From Auanema rhodensis (lineage: Eukaryota > Animalia > Nematoda): DNA of 64,000 nucleotides. The DNA lies in the NCBI GenBank assembly GCA_964057225.1, contig OZ059898.1, positions 16,368,001 to 16,432,000 on the forward strand, read 5' to 3'. The stretch's first letter is position 1. The number at the start of each line of letters is the position of its first letter. The translations under genes and the position numbers were made by a program. Below, one piece after another: positions 11,082-24,765 of this stretch. The notes under the pieces are model-generated. The model was not told where the DNA came from, made no database searches, and was given only the letters and a program-made list of their open reading frames with translations.

Positions 11082-14000
11082 TTAAAGGTTTGTTACACGA
11101 GCATTTTCCTTGTTTTCCTTATCAAAGGAAGGTTGTCTGATACTATCCCTTCGGAAGAGTGTAGAAGTGAGCCGATTTCTACAATATTTGATAATAAATA
11201 TGTGATCAGTTTCTTAAAAATAATTACCTGATTCCTCTCCGAGGAGTGCCCATATCTGTGTCATATTTCAAAACGCTGTTGCCTTGTGGAGATCCAGTAA
11301 TTTCAGGAGAAAATTCACTGTTTTCATCTGCAGATATTAACCCTTTCGAAAGAATATTTAGAATACCAACTTATATTGCGAAGATTAACTCTACTTGCTG
11401 TCATTTTACTCAACCTGTTAGCCACTGTTAGACCGGCGTTACTGATTGCTCTTCTGAACCCTGACGGCCGATTAATAGTACCATTATTGATTGTAGCATT
11501 CAAAAATGTGTTGCTATAAATAAAATGTACACTTCCGCTTTCTTTATTCCAAACAAACCCAGCAGCAAATTTTCGAACAAACTTAGTGAGACACTCATGC
11601 AATTCGACATATGTTTCGGTCAATTGATCGACTCCAAGAGGAACACCGCGAATATCCCTATTTAAATCCATAGCAAGCTGAAAAACAAAATTCTCCAATA
11701 GTGTTAATGAACATAGCAAACCTGAGCAGAAACATGAGCAAGTAATTTTTTCATAGGATCATTTTCCTTCGGTTGTAAAAGAAACACATCGTCACCTTTG
11801 GCTTCTCTGATATTAAAAGCATACAGAGGCGGATCTCCTACAAGTCAAAAGTATTTAACCTTAACTATTAAGTAGTCCGCACCTAAAACACTGAACTCAT
11901 CACATGGTCCATGAGAAGATTGATGATGAACTTCACGTATGAAACGAATATAGTTTGTTGGCACGGATAACAGATATTTATATCTGAGAAATCATTTTGA
12001 TTTATATTACAAACTGGAAACTTACGGTTTTGTCGGTTGCCTGAATAAAGTTGACAATGAAGTTTGTCTAGTCATGCGATGCAGTGTACTACTATTACTA
12101 GGAGTTGTTAGACCAACAGCAGATTCAACATTTCTAATTTTCACAACCTATTGAGTGTATATATGTGAGATGTGCTAATGCTACTTACTATTATAACATC
12201 ATTGAACAACATTAAACGCACAAGTTTATTTTCAAGCTTCTGCCATTTTTCTGTCCCTCCTATTATAATGCCATCTACCTCACACACAAAGGTTCTTCTG
12301 TTACACATGAGGTGAGACTATAAGATAAGATTATTACAAAAGCGTTTCTGTAAAACATACTGGCAAATCTTCTACATCTGTAAACTTATGGTACAAAGCC
12401 ATTTGTTCATCAGCAACAGCTCTCATTGTATTAGCTTTGCTGAAAGACTCAGTAGTGTAATGTGAATTAATCTGTTAGTACCTCAAAACATTACCAACTA
12501 CATGAATAGCCTCGTCGAGTCTTTTATGAAGTCGGTCAGTCTTCTCTGTTCTCTTTTGTAATTCTATAAATTCAACATATCCAAAAAAGTATAGATTATT
12601 TAACCTTTAAGTAATAAAATAACTGAAGGCAATCTTTGAACAGGGCGTATCATAAGTTCTTTTAGTTGGTTTCTCTTGAAATCCGGACTGCATTCTTTAG
12701 CCTTAAATATAAAATTTATGACAATAAAAAAAAAACAATCACTTTGACAAAACAGTAAAAACGTTGATTCTGTAAAGCTTTCTCTAAACCTGACTTGGCA
12801 ATATCGTAATTATTCAAATACGGTACATAAGCTTGCTGTAACTGCGAGAACATATCAATCCAAATCTTGAAAAAAATGGTTAATGCGAACGATCACCAAA
12901 TGCTCAAACCCGGGCAACATCATTATTAGGTTTCCAATTATCGAGCAAGGTTTTAATTCTATTACATATTTCCTGGTGAACTTCTACAATAGGTCCTAAT
13001 CTACCGAATATCAACTGAAAATAAATAGTTAACGAGGTAAGCACCTTTGTAAAACCTGGGAATCAGTTTTACTGAGTAGAGGTTGATCATCAACAGATCT
13101 TTCACTATCAATAACATCACGAAACTGTAAAGGCTATGTATAAGATACTCAATATAGCTTGATTCCGATAACCTTCAACATAACCAATAACGCATTCAGG
13201 TAACTCTGCTCTGTTTCCAGCATTTCGTGCACAACCTATGTTAGAAATAGATCCACATTATGCTTATATTAGTCTTACCATTCTTCGTTTATCCACGGCT
13301 GGAGACTTAATACTTTCAACATTATCGGCAGACCCTACAGTGAGAATATAAAAAACGCTATAAGATAGCTTCAAACCATTTAAAACCGAGTGAGTACTAT
13401 GGTCAAAATCGAGCAAAGAAGTTCTGCTATCCGACGATTGAACACCAGGACGCATAGGACTTCCTATGGACTTTCGCTGAAAATTATTAGATATTGATTA
13501 AGTCATGATATTATAATTACTACTTTGTCAGATTTACTCGATACAGTAACAACGTATGACTCTTCACCAAGACAACGACCTGCGTGAACTGACATCCAAA
13601 TCCACTAAACAGCTTGTATGTTATTTTAAATTAAAAAAAAGGTTTCACTTCGTCTGTTACGAGCCACTGGCGAGTATACGGAACAATATTTTCCCAATCT
13701 GTTCTGTTGGTAGGATTGCAGACAACATGCGAGGCATCTGCCGTCGATGTGACAACATTGCCCTCTAGAGAAAGGTGGAGTAGAGGAATAGAAAATGAAA
13801 TTTACTTACTATTCGAAACAACTTTTTCTTTCATATCTTCATATTGTTCAGGATTAAATCCCAGAAATGCTATATTCAAACCTTCAAAAGTTCCTAATGC
13901 AAATTTGTTTAACTAAAAAACGGTGACCAATGCATTAGAGTAATAACAAAACTTACTGTCTTAGGGTCCATAGCTAAAAAATTTGGATTATCCCTATTAG

Positions 14001-14789
14001 CCCAACAATGGTGAACGTAATCAGGTAGCAAAACATGCGCATTAATATTAGCAGACAACTGAACATATATGTAAAAATGAAAGAAAAATATGAAAACCTT
14101 AATTAACGGTCCAACGGCACGCTGAGTCAACATGATATTGATTTTATTGCTAGCCTGTAAAGTTTAAAAAAAGTAAAAAAATAAAATAACAAATAAAAAA
14201 AGATAAGCAACTAACATCATTTCTAACTTTCGCTCCCATAAAATGAAGCATGTTAACGAACAGTCTTTTGTCTACGACATCAGATCCTAACAAAATAACA
14301 GCATCTTTCATATTTTCACAATATAGAGGTCTATTACTTCTTGGTACTCGAATTTCCTATATTTAGATGAATCTTACATTAACATACTGAATATGTCTTA
14401 CATGATCGCGAGCTATTCTAGCTCTTACAATTGCAGGCCCTAAAATTTTCACACCACTAAAAGAGAGTCCACTCTCAGAAGATCCTACAAAAAAATCATA
14501 CATTGCATATATCTCAAAAGGCCAAACCCTGTTTTTGAAGATTCAGAAATTCTGGGCTTTCAAAGTTAGTACAAAAGAAAACCATCTCAGGATCATTAAC
14601 ATATTCAAGACCATCATGACTTAGAAAAATTTCACAATTGTACTTATCCTTGAAAATTATGAATAAATGAGTATTTTTTATAATTTATACCTTCAGGGTG
14701 TCAATAATATCACTGTGTCCATAATAGGATCCTACAATACAAAGTTTTTGTAATTTTGGCCGCTTAGAAGGAGAAAGGACATCTGACAT
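11082..14789 (-). CDS. ect-2: ECT2/Pebble RhoGEF (BRCT repeats, DH, PH), about 22 exons
   Basis: BRCT segments (LHFMGAKV, LLPDYVHHCW, LVTDEWIWMSV) and DH domain (RRMVVHEMLETEQSYLNAL, LKELMIRPVQRLPSVILLLKEL), followed by a PH region. All introns traced are GT-AG and in frame. Confidence 0.93.
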
Positions 14790-15359
14790 ACTATTTGAAC
14801 TCTTTTCTATTCTCTAAAATTGCGTAAAATTCTGAAAATAAATTCAATTTTTTATTTGTGAGCGCTTGAGTATTTTGGTAAGTATTTGGAAAGAATAGGA
14901 TAAACTTTTTTAACAGGATAAATTATGAAATAGAATGACAAGCTTCCTATATTCTTATTTAAATCAAGAAAGTAAGTTTCAAGCAATAATAAATTAGTAA
15001 CTTAATTATAGAACGCTTAATCAGGGATACTCAGGATTTTAAGACATTATTTTCAAAAAAATTATTCTCGCGGCAAGCATGTAAACAGCGTGCAATACCA
15101 TATAATTTAAAGGGTTGAATATACATCAATGACGCTCTGCTTTAAACTATTTGAAAATTTGGTTTTTTATGTTTCGATTACTATATTTATTTGTTTTTTG
15201 CTTATTAATTTTAAAATATCAATAATTAATAATCTCAATGCTTTTATTTATTGATTTTTTAATAATGCTCCTAGCCAGGTATGACTTTGTTTTCTAATTT
15301 ATATATTTCGTTGATGGACCAGCCTTCTTTTTCTTTCGTACTTGTTTAACATTGTTAAA

Positions 15360-18300
15360 ATGCAAATGTACGAATCAATAAGATTGGTATTTTTAAAATT
15401 TTCTTATGGAATATTATTGCATTATATTTTTCATAGAATTTTTTAATTTTTTTTTTGATTATAAGGTTTAATTACTTCTTATTTCTGATATATTATTTAT
15501 TGTTCTGATATATTGTGATTATCTATTTATTCTACTTTTCTTAAGAATAATTCTCCAAAATTGCGCCGGCAATTCATACTCCGCCACCGGGTGTAATGGA
15601 TGTGCCACGCCTTGTAGAGGTTTGTTACAATATTATTTTAAAATTTTGTTTTTTACTTTCAGGTGATACCTACATTCACTAAGGAAGAGAAAGAGCGGTT
15701 TTTGAAAATATCAAGGTTAGTATCTTTTTTTTTTTGAAAATTGTTGGTTAATATTTATAAAATATTTTTTTTGCTTATTGTTGTTTAAATATTTTACAGC
15801 CTTGATTTCAATGAGTTTTATTCTAATGGAGAACCACGACAATATCCTGAACGACATATATTATTCAAAGTAGGATTGATACTCATTTTTTTTAAATACG
15901 TTTGTTTAGGGTAATCGTGTTCTGGAGAACTGTTATGAAAGATTTTCTAAAATGGATCGAGATGATCCAGTGATTAAGGAAAAATTGTTCAAGGTTTGAT
16001 TGTTTTTTCGAATCACTGATTTTATGTTCTTTCAGGTTATGCTGAAGTGGGGTCACATATCTTTGCTAGCTCAAGACTGGGCGAAAGGTTAGTTTTGTAT
16101 TGTTTTTGCTTGCTAGTTTGCTTTTTTAGCTTTATCATCATATGAGTTTGCTTATCGTCTACACCACGAAGAGTTTTGGAGAGATCCTGGTGGTTATTAT
16201 GGGTTGGGATTGGTATACATTCACTTTAAAGAGTATAAACGGTATTTAAAAAATGTTTTTATGATTGCAATGTTAATATATCTCAGAGCTGCTGAAGCGT
16301 TTCTCCGTTTGTTATATGCTTATCCTACGCTCGAAAATGTTGTTGAAGTCAAAGTACGATTAGGAGTTTGCTATCAAAATTTATCCGAATATTCTAAAGC
16401 ATTAAAGGTATTTCAAATTTATTATTCGTAGAAAAGTAATCGTTTACAGTATTATGCTCAAGCTTTATCGGATGAACGAGATTCGCCGTTTATGTCTAGA
16501 ATTCACATTAGATTTAACGTTGCTGTCACAAAGGAAAACGCAGGTGATCTCACAAATTCAGAGGAAGAATATAAAAAGATCCTTATGGAAGTTAGTTTTT
16601 TTTCATTAGTTATATACATTTCGTTTTTCTTTAGGTCAGTAATCTTTCCCTACACTCACAATATCAACAACCTTCAGAATCTCATTCGAAATTAATGGCT
16701 GCTGTCAATCGACATTTAGGTTTAACACCGTTATTGTTTGATGTAATCATTTTGATATTTAGGCTGGATCTGCTATAGGCAACCTTATTCTGAAGGATGT
16801 ACTGAGGAAAGAAATCAGAAACTGATTGACGCTGTACAATTCTTAAATACTGCCACTCATTACGAGCAATTTAACGGAAAGACTTTTTATCTGTTTGGAC
16901 GTTGTTATGGAGAAATGCCGAACAAGGTAAAATTTATTCATTTATTGATACTTTACTGTTTAATTCTTCAGGCTCATGATGCTTTTGTAAATTATCGACA
17001 TTCGATTGATAAAAGTGAAGCTGATGCGGATACGTGGTGTTCTATCGGCTGGCTGTACCAGCAACAACAGCAACCAATGGATGCTTTACAGGTTCAGTTT
17101 TTAAAAATTTTACTGGTTGATAGTAGTTGGTTTAGGCTTTCATTTGCGCTGTTGAGTTGGATGCTGAACACAGCGCAGCTTGGACGGATTTGGGCCGACT
17201 CTACGAGCTACACCATCAGTTCGAAGATGCGCTCAGTTGTTTCCGAAAAGCAGTTAAATATAAGCCAGGTTAGTATTTTTTCTATCCGGTTAGGTATTTG
17301 ATTTTTGAACGCTCGACGTGACCTCAACCTTACTTCTCGTAATGCCTATGCAAACGTGCAGTATCTCTCATCCCGCTCCCCTCTCAGTCTTGCCTTACAC
17401 GCCGACCTAAGCGCAGCAGTGAATACTCTCCGTCTCTGTCCTCTATCTCATCTGACCATTCTATATACTAGCGTCCATTGGCTATTTGGATGTGTGCCAG
17501 TCGTTCGCAACTGCTGTCGCCAGCTTATATAGTGGAATCACTTACTATATGCTGCTCATTGTCTTCCTCTTTCTTTTTTTTTAGCTATATTCGGACTTAT
17601 ATATTACATAAGTACTTATAAAACGTATCTTTTCTTTAACAAGCATTTGCATATTTCCAATATCATAGCTTCTCATAATTTTTCTATTCAAAAAATAGAT
17701 TATTTGTCTCATTTTTGAAGCCCGAATTCTATTTTAATCGCTCTAATCAATATGCTGTTTTGGGGGTTTAGTAAAAGGGCAAGTTTTACTGAATGAACTA
17801 AAATGTCTAATAAAATGAAATTGAAAGCTAACGATATGCTAAGCATGTAGGTACTTATTATAAGTGCTACAACGCGATCATCTTCTATTATCATAATATC
17901 AATTATTTTTCTTATTATGTTTTGTTCCTTTCCCATATTAACATCAAGCTTCTCATTTTCTGCCTTTATAATTATGCATCCATAATCCTATTCATCAACA
18001 ATGATCAGTTATATCAATATATAAAATATATAATCGTTTTCAGCTGCCCCTGAGGCGCTTAAAGCTCGAATTCTAGTTCTGGAAAAAGAGTTGCAGACAT
18101 CATCCCATTTCTTGAATCAGAAAACTCCACAATCGCATACGCAACATCCAAAGTAAGTATTTATGCCATATAATCTTTTTCGAGTAAATCGTATCTTATC
18201 ATTATGATATGTTTTTTACGTTTCTGGTCTTATCTATTACGTAACATGATCTCTTTCCGGTTTATATTAAAATAAAACTTTTTATATCCTTTAACCGCAA

Positions 18301-21232
18301 CTTTTTCTTAGGCCTTTACCAAGCTTAAAGGAAGCGTGGAATCAACCTATTCCTTCGGAGTTAAGAGGGCGACAAGACGAGTTTTTGAAGGTAAGCTGAT
18401 TGTATTACTCTTTGAAGCTGTATTATAGGACGAAGGTTTTTCATCTTTTGTTCAAGGTCATTGATATGATCGCAAATGAGCGAACAAGTTGTTGAATATT
18501 TCATTTCTATGCGGTTTTCTTTTATAAATTTATGATGTATTATATTAAGGTAAAGCAACAGAGATATCGAGAAGGAAGTGCATTGTGGAAAATGGGCGAA
18601 TTATCTGCACCTTTAGCCGGATTACAGGTTTTCAAAGCTACTTTTTTTACTACGACTATTTTTGCGTTTTAGGAATGCCCCGGTGCTCCTGGTTTAGATT
18701 CAACACAGGTCCAAATTATGAAATTGCTCCAAGTTAATAAGGAACGAATTAATGAGCAGGAGACTGTTTTGTTAAATCAAATGGAACAAATTTTCAAAGC
18801 GCATATGGTAATTATTGTTTTTGCACTTGAGATTAAAGTTTATCGTTTTTAGGAGGCATCGTTTGATTCATTTTATTCACCTCACCAAGTTTCTAATCTT
18901 CCAAAATTCACTGAGAACGACGTTGCTCAGGTAATAATATTCATTTTATTGTTTTTAGTAATTTTGTTTAGATCAAGGATGGTGGTCATTTAAATTTACC
19001 TGTCCAAGTTAAAATTGAAAATGAATGTGGTTAGTATTCTGAGTTTTTTAAAGTAACTAATGTATTTGTAGATGAAGACCAAGATGTCAAACCTGAAACG
19101 TCTGATAGTGTTCAAGATAAATCAATTTCCTCATCTTCTGGTTTACCTACAACATTTAGGTTTGTTTTATTTATATATTTTTAATTTTGTATTTTTTAAA
19201 GCCTGGAATCCAAACTGAATGTGTCGATTGATATATCCTCCTCTGAATTGCTCGAGTTATGTTCTAAACGTATAGATCGTCCACATGATTTCAAATCAGT
19301 GTTCGATGAAAACGTACCTCCTCCTCAAGCTCCACCGGCTCCATCGCCTTCTGCTATTAAAGTAATATATAAAATTTAAATAATCAATAAATAATAATCT
19401 CATATTCTAGATGGCATCAGCGCACCCAAACCCTCTGTTAAGGCCAACTCCTTTGATCGTTGTAGAATCTCGTAAAGACGCTCAATCAGTAGAGCTGCAA
19501 AAGTATGACCTATATTTTTTATAGTATTTTAATGTGAGTCTGTTATAGATATTGCGAAAATTGCCCAATTGCTCTCATACGTGGTATGACTTCAGTATTG
19601 AAAATGGATCTCAGTTTATTTTCGACCAAAACCTTAAGAGAAAGCGCGCCTGATCATGAAGTAGAGGTAAATGTTTCTTCTTTTTTTAAATAGTTTCAAC
19701 TTTTTTTTATAGGTCCGCACACAATACCGTATGCCTTGTGATATTAATGTGGATCATCTTGGGGTACCTACATGGGAATGCATGAGCACCAGATCATTCA
19801 CTTCTGTTAACAAATATGCTCAATACCAAGCTGAAACTTTCCAGCATAGTCTTAAAGGTACGTTTGTGTTTGAAGACATAGACATTATTATATGTATTAT
19901 AGAAGAAGCTGAGAAGTTGAGGTCGGCGGGAGCTAAATATGCGCAACAAATTGCCGAATCCTCTAGTGCAAAAAAGAGAAGAGGGCCGAATGGGGACGAA
20001 TTTGCTATGCCTTTAAAAATGATCAAGTTCGGAACAAATGTAGATTTATCAGATGAAGCGAAATGGAAAGCACAGTTACATGAATTATCTAAAATGCCTC
20101 CATTCTGTCGGCTTATCGCTGGATCTAATATGCTATCTCATCTTGGTCATACTGTTTTAGGTATGAACACAGTACAACTTTATATGAAGGTGACTAGAGT
20201 TTAAATAGCATTTGAATCTTAACATACTTATGTTAGGTGCCTGGTTCGCGTACCCCCGCTCACCAAGAAAATAATAGCTTCGCTTCCGTTAATATTAACA
20301 TTGGACCGGGAGATTGTGAATGGTTTGGTGTCCCTCATGAATACTGGGGAGTAATAGAAAGATTGTGCCGAAAGTGAGAGATTTATTTTCAAAAAGTTTC
20401 TAATAATTTATTTTTAGACGAGGAATTGATTTCCTCAAAGGATCCTTCTGGCCTAATGTCGACGATCTGCTTGCTGAAAATATTCCTATATATAGATTCA
20501 CACAGAAGGCTGGAGACTTAGTGTGGGTTGGTGGTGGCTGTATTCATTGGGTACAAGCTACGGGGTGGTGTAATAATATAGCATGGAATGTTGGACCTAT
20601 TACATTTTCCCAGCTCTCCCTGAGTGTTACTAGTTATGAATGGAATAAGCTTCAGGTAACTAGTTTAGTCACCGATTTCAATAAAAATGAATTTAGGGTT
20701 ATAAATCATTGGTACCGATGCAGCATATTTGCTGGCAATTAGCTAAAAATGTACGCTTCACAAACCAAAAAGTCAGTTCGTACAGCAATATTACTTTAAA
20801 GCTTATATTCTTCAGATTTTCTGTTTGATCAAAGGTCAACTTATAAGATCTCTAGCTTTTTGTAAGATGGTTGCTGATTGGGCTATGAATCAAGGAAAGC
20901 AGCTGAAACCCCAGCCGAGAACTAAAGATGAAATAACTCATTACTGTACCCTATGCGAGGTTGTTTCCATTTTCCATATATATTCAATGTTCCCTTTCCA
21001 GGTTGAAGTGTTTAATATTTTATTTGTAAAAGAGCATAATGGTAAATTCCCTGTATACTGTGTTTATTGCGCAAGACGGTTTGTTAGCATTACTTGCTTT
21101 TCTTTATATTTGTGTTTCAGAACCGATCTGAATGATTTTATAGTACTACAGCAAATTCCGTTCTCTGAATTAACTAGAATTTTTGATGAGATGCAATTGA
21201 ACCTTATTCCCAAAGCGCAGTTGGTTTGCTGA
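15360..21232 (+). CDS. utx-1: H3K27 demethylase UTX/KDM6A (TPR repeats, JmjC, C-terminal Zn domain)
   Basis: TPRs ([26 protein letters not shown]) and JmjC with intact Fe ligands (RTPAHQENN…[19 protein letters not shown]), then [12 protein letters not shown]…CVYCA. Start at 15360 (MQMYESIRL) is inferred; ATG 15596 is the alternative. Confidence 0.96.
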
Positions 21233-22205
21233 GTCCGATTCTAGGTGACATGCGTGTTATTAGGTGTGCGCAAAAGTTTCTGGCCACCCACAATGAAATT
21301 TAAATAAATTTTTTAAAATTAAAAATTAGCATAAACCAAATTCAAAATTATATTTAAAAAATTGTTTTAAATTTAAATATGAAATTTCTAGGTAATTTTT
21401 CCCTTAATTACCTCTTGAATTTTCTGTTGATTTTGAGTTTCTTTCATGCCTTGTACTGAAAATCAAAGCTTGTTATTCTAATTTATTAAAGTACGGGTTG
21501 TGTAGGCATGTTTTTAATAATTTTTGTGTGCCTATGTGTTTTTAGTCCATTTAAACATTAAAACTTTTCTCGTTAACAACGATTGTGATGTTCACTACGT
21601 TGTAGCTATAAGCTTCGTCTTATATGATGCATTTGCTTTTCATTTGTAATTCTGTAATTATTGAAATTTTGCACACCGCTGTTTATTGTATTCGATCTCA
21701 AATCCAAGTCCTTTGTTTATTAATCTTTTTCATTTCTCATTTGTATATAATTGGCTAGAATCTAATAAAACGTCAAGTGTGACAACTATGTTTCAAAATT
21801 TCATTTTCTTTATATAATATTATTAGTAACCCACCTAAGTATCAATAAAGTATAATGATTCTTTTTTTCTGATGAATCATATAGAGGATAAAAAAATTGA
21901 AGTCTTAGACGGTCCATTATTTTTTTTTCATTCCTCATATTGTTTAGAAATTATACCGAAACACATTAATAGCATTTAGAATAGATTTGTTTCATTCAAA
22001 AATTTATGTTCACAAATTACAATACATATTGACTATGTCTGTATCACAGCAAAAAAAACGATATAATGATGCTTCATCTAATTATATCGTTAAAGATCTT
22101 AGTTAGAATTAATGAATATTTCACAAGAAATTTCAGAATCAGTTTGTTGTCAATAATATTACAGAAAACTTATAAAACAGTTATATTAAAAGAAGCTTAG
22201 TGTTC

Positions 22206-23939
22206 CTAGCGGACAGAATGAGGAGACCCATTATGAAGACCATGTGCTTCTTCTTCTAACATATTCGCACTTTCTGATAGTAAATTGCGAAGGTCCTTAA
22301 ATTGCTTTCATGAGCATTATTCATATCTAGAGGCAAAACGTACAGAATCACTAATATCTCCACCCTGTTTATGAGAATAGTGTCGACGTATTGGATGCAA
22401 CGGAGTTAAATCTTTTCCGGGTAAAACCACCATATGATATAAAACATCACTCAACGAAATAATTCCCTGAATATGAATATTGAAAACGAATATATTACCA
22501 CTTTAACGTACAGCTATTTCTCCTCTCTCGTTTACAGCACAAAGCCTATGAACATTCTTTTCAACTAAAACTGTGATTGCCTTCCACAAAGTATCAGTTT
22601 CCAGCACCGACACTACACGATCATCATTCTTACTATTCTGAAACAAATACTTGGAGAATGTTATGTAAAATGATACTTACATGTAAAGCATTTTTGAACT
22701 TAAGTGCTTCAGCCACAGGAACATCAAGGGAGTTAGGTCCATCTGCAAGAGCTATGCCTATGGCATCAAACCGTGAATACATATCAAGAACCCTGAAACA
22801 CTGACTTATTCTATATCAACGCACAAATAAGCTTACTTGAAAGTGTTTCTTTCAACTACTGGTAATCCTGATACTCCTTTGTTCAAAAGAATGTCTAAAC
22901 AATCCGAAAGCAGCGTATCTGGGTAAACCTAAATCGCAACAAATCTTCGAGAAAAATAAAACAGATACTTACAACCCTAATTCCAACCCATGTTCCCACC
23001 CCAAGCTCTTTTGCTGTTTTAGTATGATATTCTGGTTGAGAAAACTGATGTCCCTTAATATGAAATAGCGGATTAGGCTGATATGAACCTTTAAACTTAC
23101 AAAACACCATATAAATTTGAGAATCCTTTTGTGTGTTAGAATAAATAAGGGGCTTCCGTTTTCAGGATCCAGAACTGGTAAACGATGTATTCGATGATTA
23201 GTTAACTTCCGAGCAGCTTCTAACAAACTGTAAAACAGAAAGGTTTAAATATTTGAATAATAACCTCACGATTGATCAGCATCAATAGATATTAAAGGCA
23301 TTAGTTTTCCTTCTCGATTAATTAGTTCTAAATTTGAAAACTGTGTTCACATAAATATAATATCAACCTCTATAACATTCGATTGTTAACAGTCCTAAGT
23401 TATCATCTTCCAGCACAAAATCTCCTTCTTTCGTTTTTTCTTTATTTTTTCGTTCCCTGCAGAAAAAAATGATACAATCACCTAATTCTAATAATACCTA
23501 TGCAACTTCAGCATTACTCTAATAAAGTCAGTAACTGATAATATTCCTGTCATCACGCCAGGATTTTCAGAATCGGTGAGAAGCACATGTCGTGTTCCTG
23601 GATGAAACAGAGAAATTGAAGTAATAAAATTTAATTCGCATAATACCCTGATAAATTAAACCATTGAAAGCCTTGCCCAAGTTCAACTTTATATCAAAAA
23701 CAACCATTTTACTAGAGGAAGGCATAGCCTCATAACACTGGTTAAGCATAAGTAACCGAGCATACGATTCTGCTTCATGATGTTTAACCTGATATTATAA
23801 ATAAAATTCATTAACAATATTAGAAAAACAATCTTACATCAGACTTTTGAGCTACTGGTTGAGATGACAAAGGTAATCTTAAGGAGTATGAATGTTTTGA
23901 CTTTGGAGATCGGGAACCATCGGTTGGATGTGGTGACAT
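22206..23939 (-). CDS. aakg: AMP-activated protein kinase gamma subunit (4 CBS domains); paralog not resolved
   Basis: CYEAMPSSSKMVVFD, GILSVTDFI, HRIHRLPVLDPENGSPLFILTHKRILKF, VSGLPVV, MYSRFD, VHRL and GIISLSD. The last intron is ambiguous, giving an alternative stop at 22256. Confidence 0.93.
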
Positions 23940-24765
23940 ACTAAATACTATGCAAGAATTCAATAAAATAGTTCGAATAACGTAGAGTAAAATTGAACAA
24001 TTCAACACAAATCATAGAAAATAAGTGAAAAAAGAAAACTGATATAATGAAAGAATTCTCAATAAAAGGAAAAAATTCCAAACTAGTTTTAGGAACAAGG
24101 TGACAATAAAAATTTCTTAAAAAAGCTGTTGAAAAAATAAAGTGATATATGTGATTCGCAAAATAGAAATAATATAACCATAATAGAGAAATGTGCACAA
24201 AACCAGAGATGGCAAAGCCTATTTTCATGCAAATCAGGAAACGAGAGATTACGTGTAGAATGTAGAAAAATCATCAATACGTTCGAGAAAGAAACAGATT
24301 TTTTGAAATATTTGCTCTACGAATTATACTCAAATAAAAGATCTAAACACAAATTACACGAGAAAATTGAATTAAATTTAGAAAAAGAGGGAAAGATGAA
24401 AAAGACGAAGAGGAAGAGCACACTATAGTTTGAAGAAAATCTTGGTAGACAGGAAGAGAAAGCCATCAATCACAAAGTAAGAGCGCACTGAGACGAAATC
24501 GAAGTTTAAAAACTGATTTGAAGCAAGTAAGAGCATATAAAAGAAGAGAGATCAAAGAAGACAATATTAAGTTCAAAGACTAAAAAGAAAATGAAAAGAA
24601 TATGACACTCCAAAGACATATGAATTGATAATGATAGGTACAAACCTAGTATACGAAAAAAAAAAAGAAGATATAAATTTTCTTAATTATAACTTACATA
24701 ACAACTCAACAGGTTTTGAACAATGCGTAACAATAACAACCAACCGTTTTCAACAGAGTGAAGTT

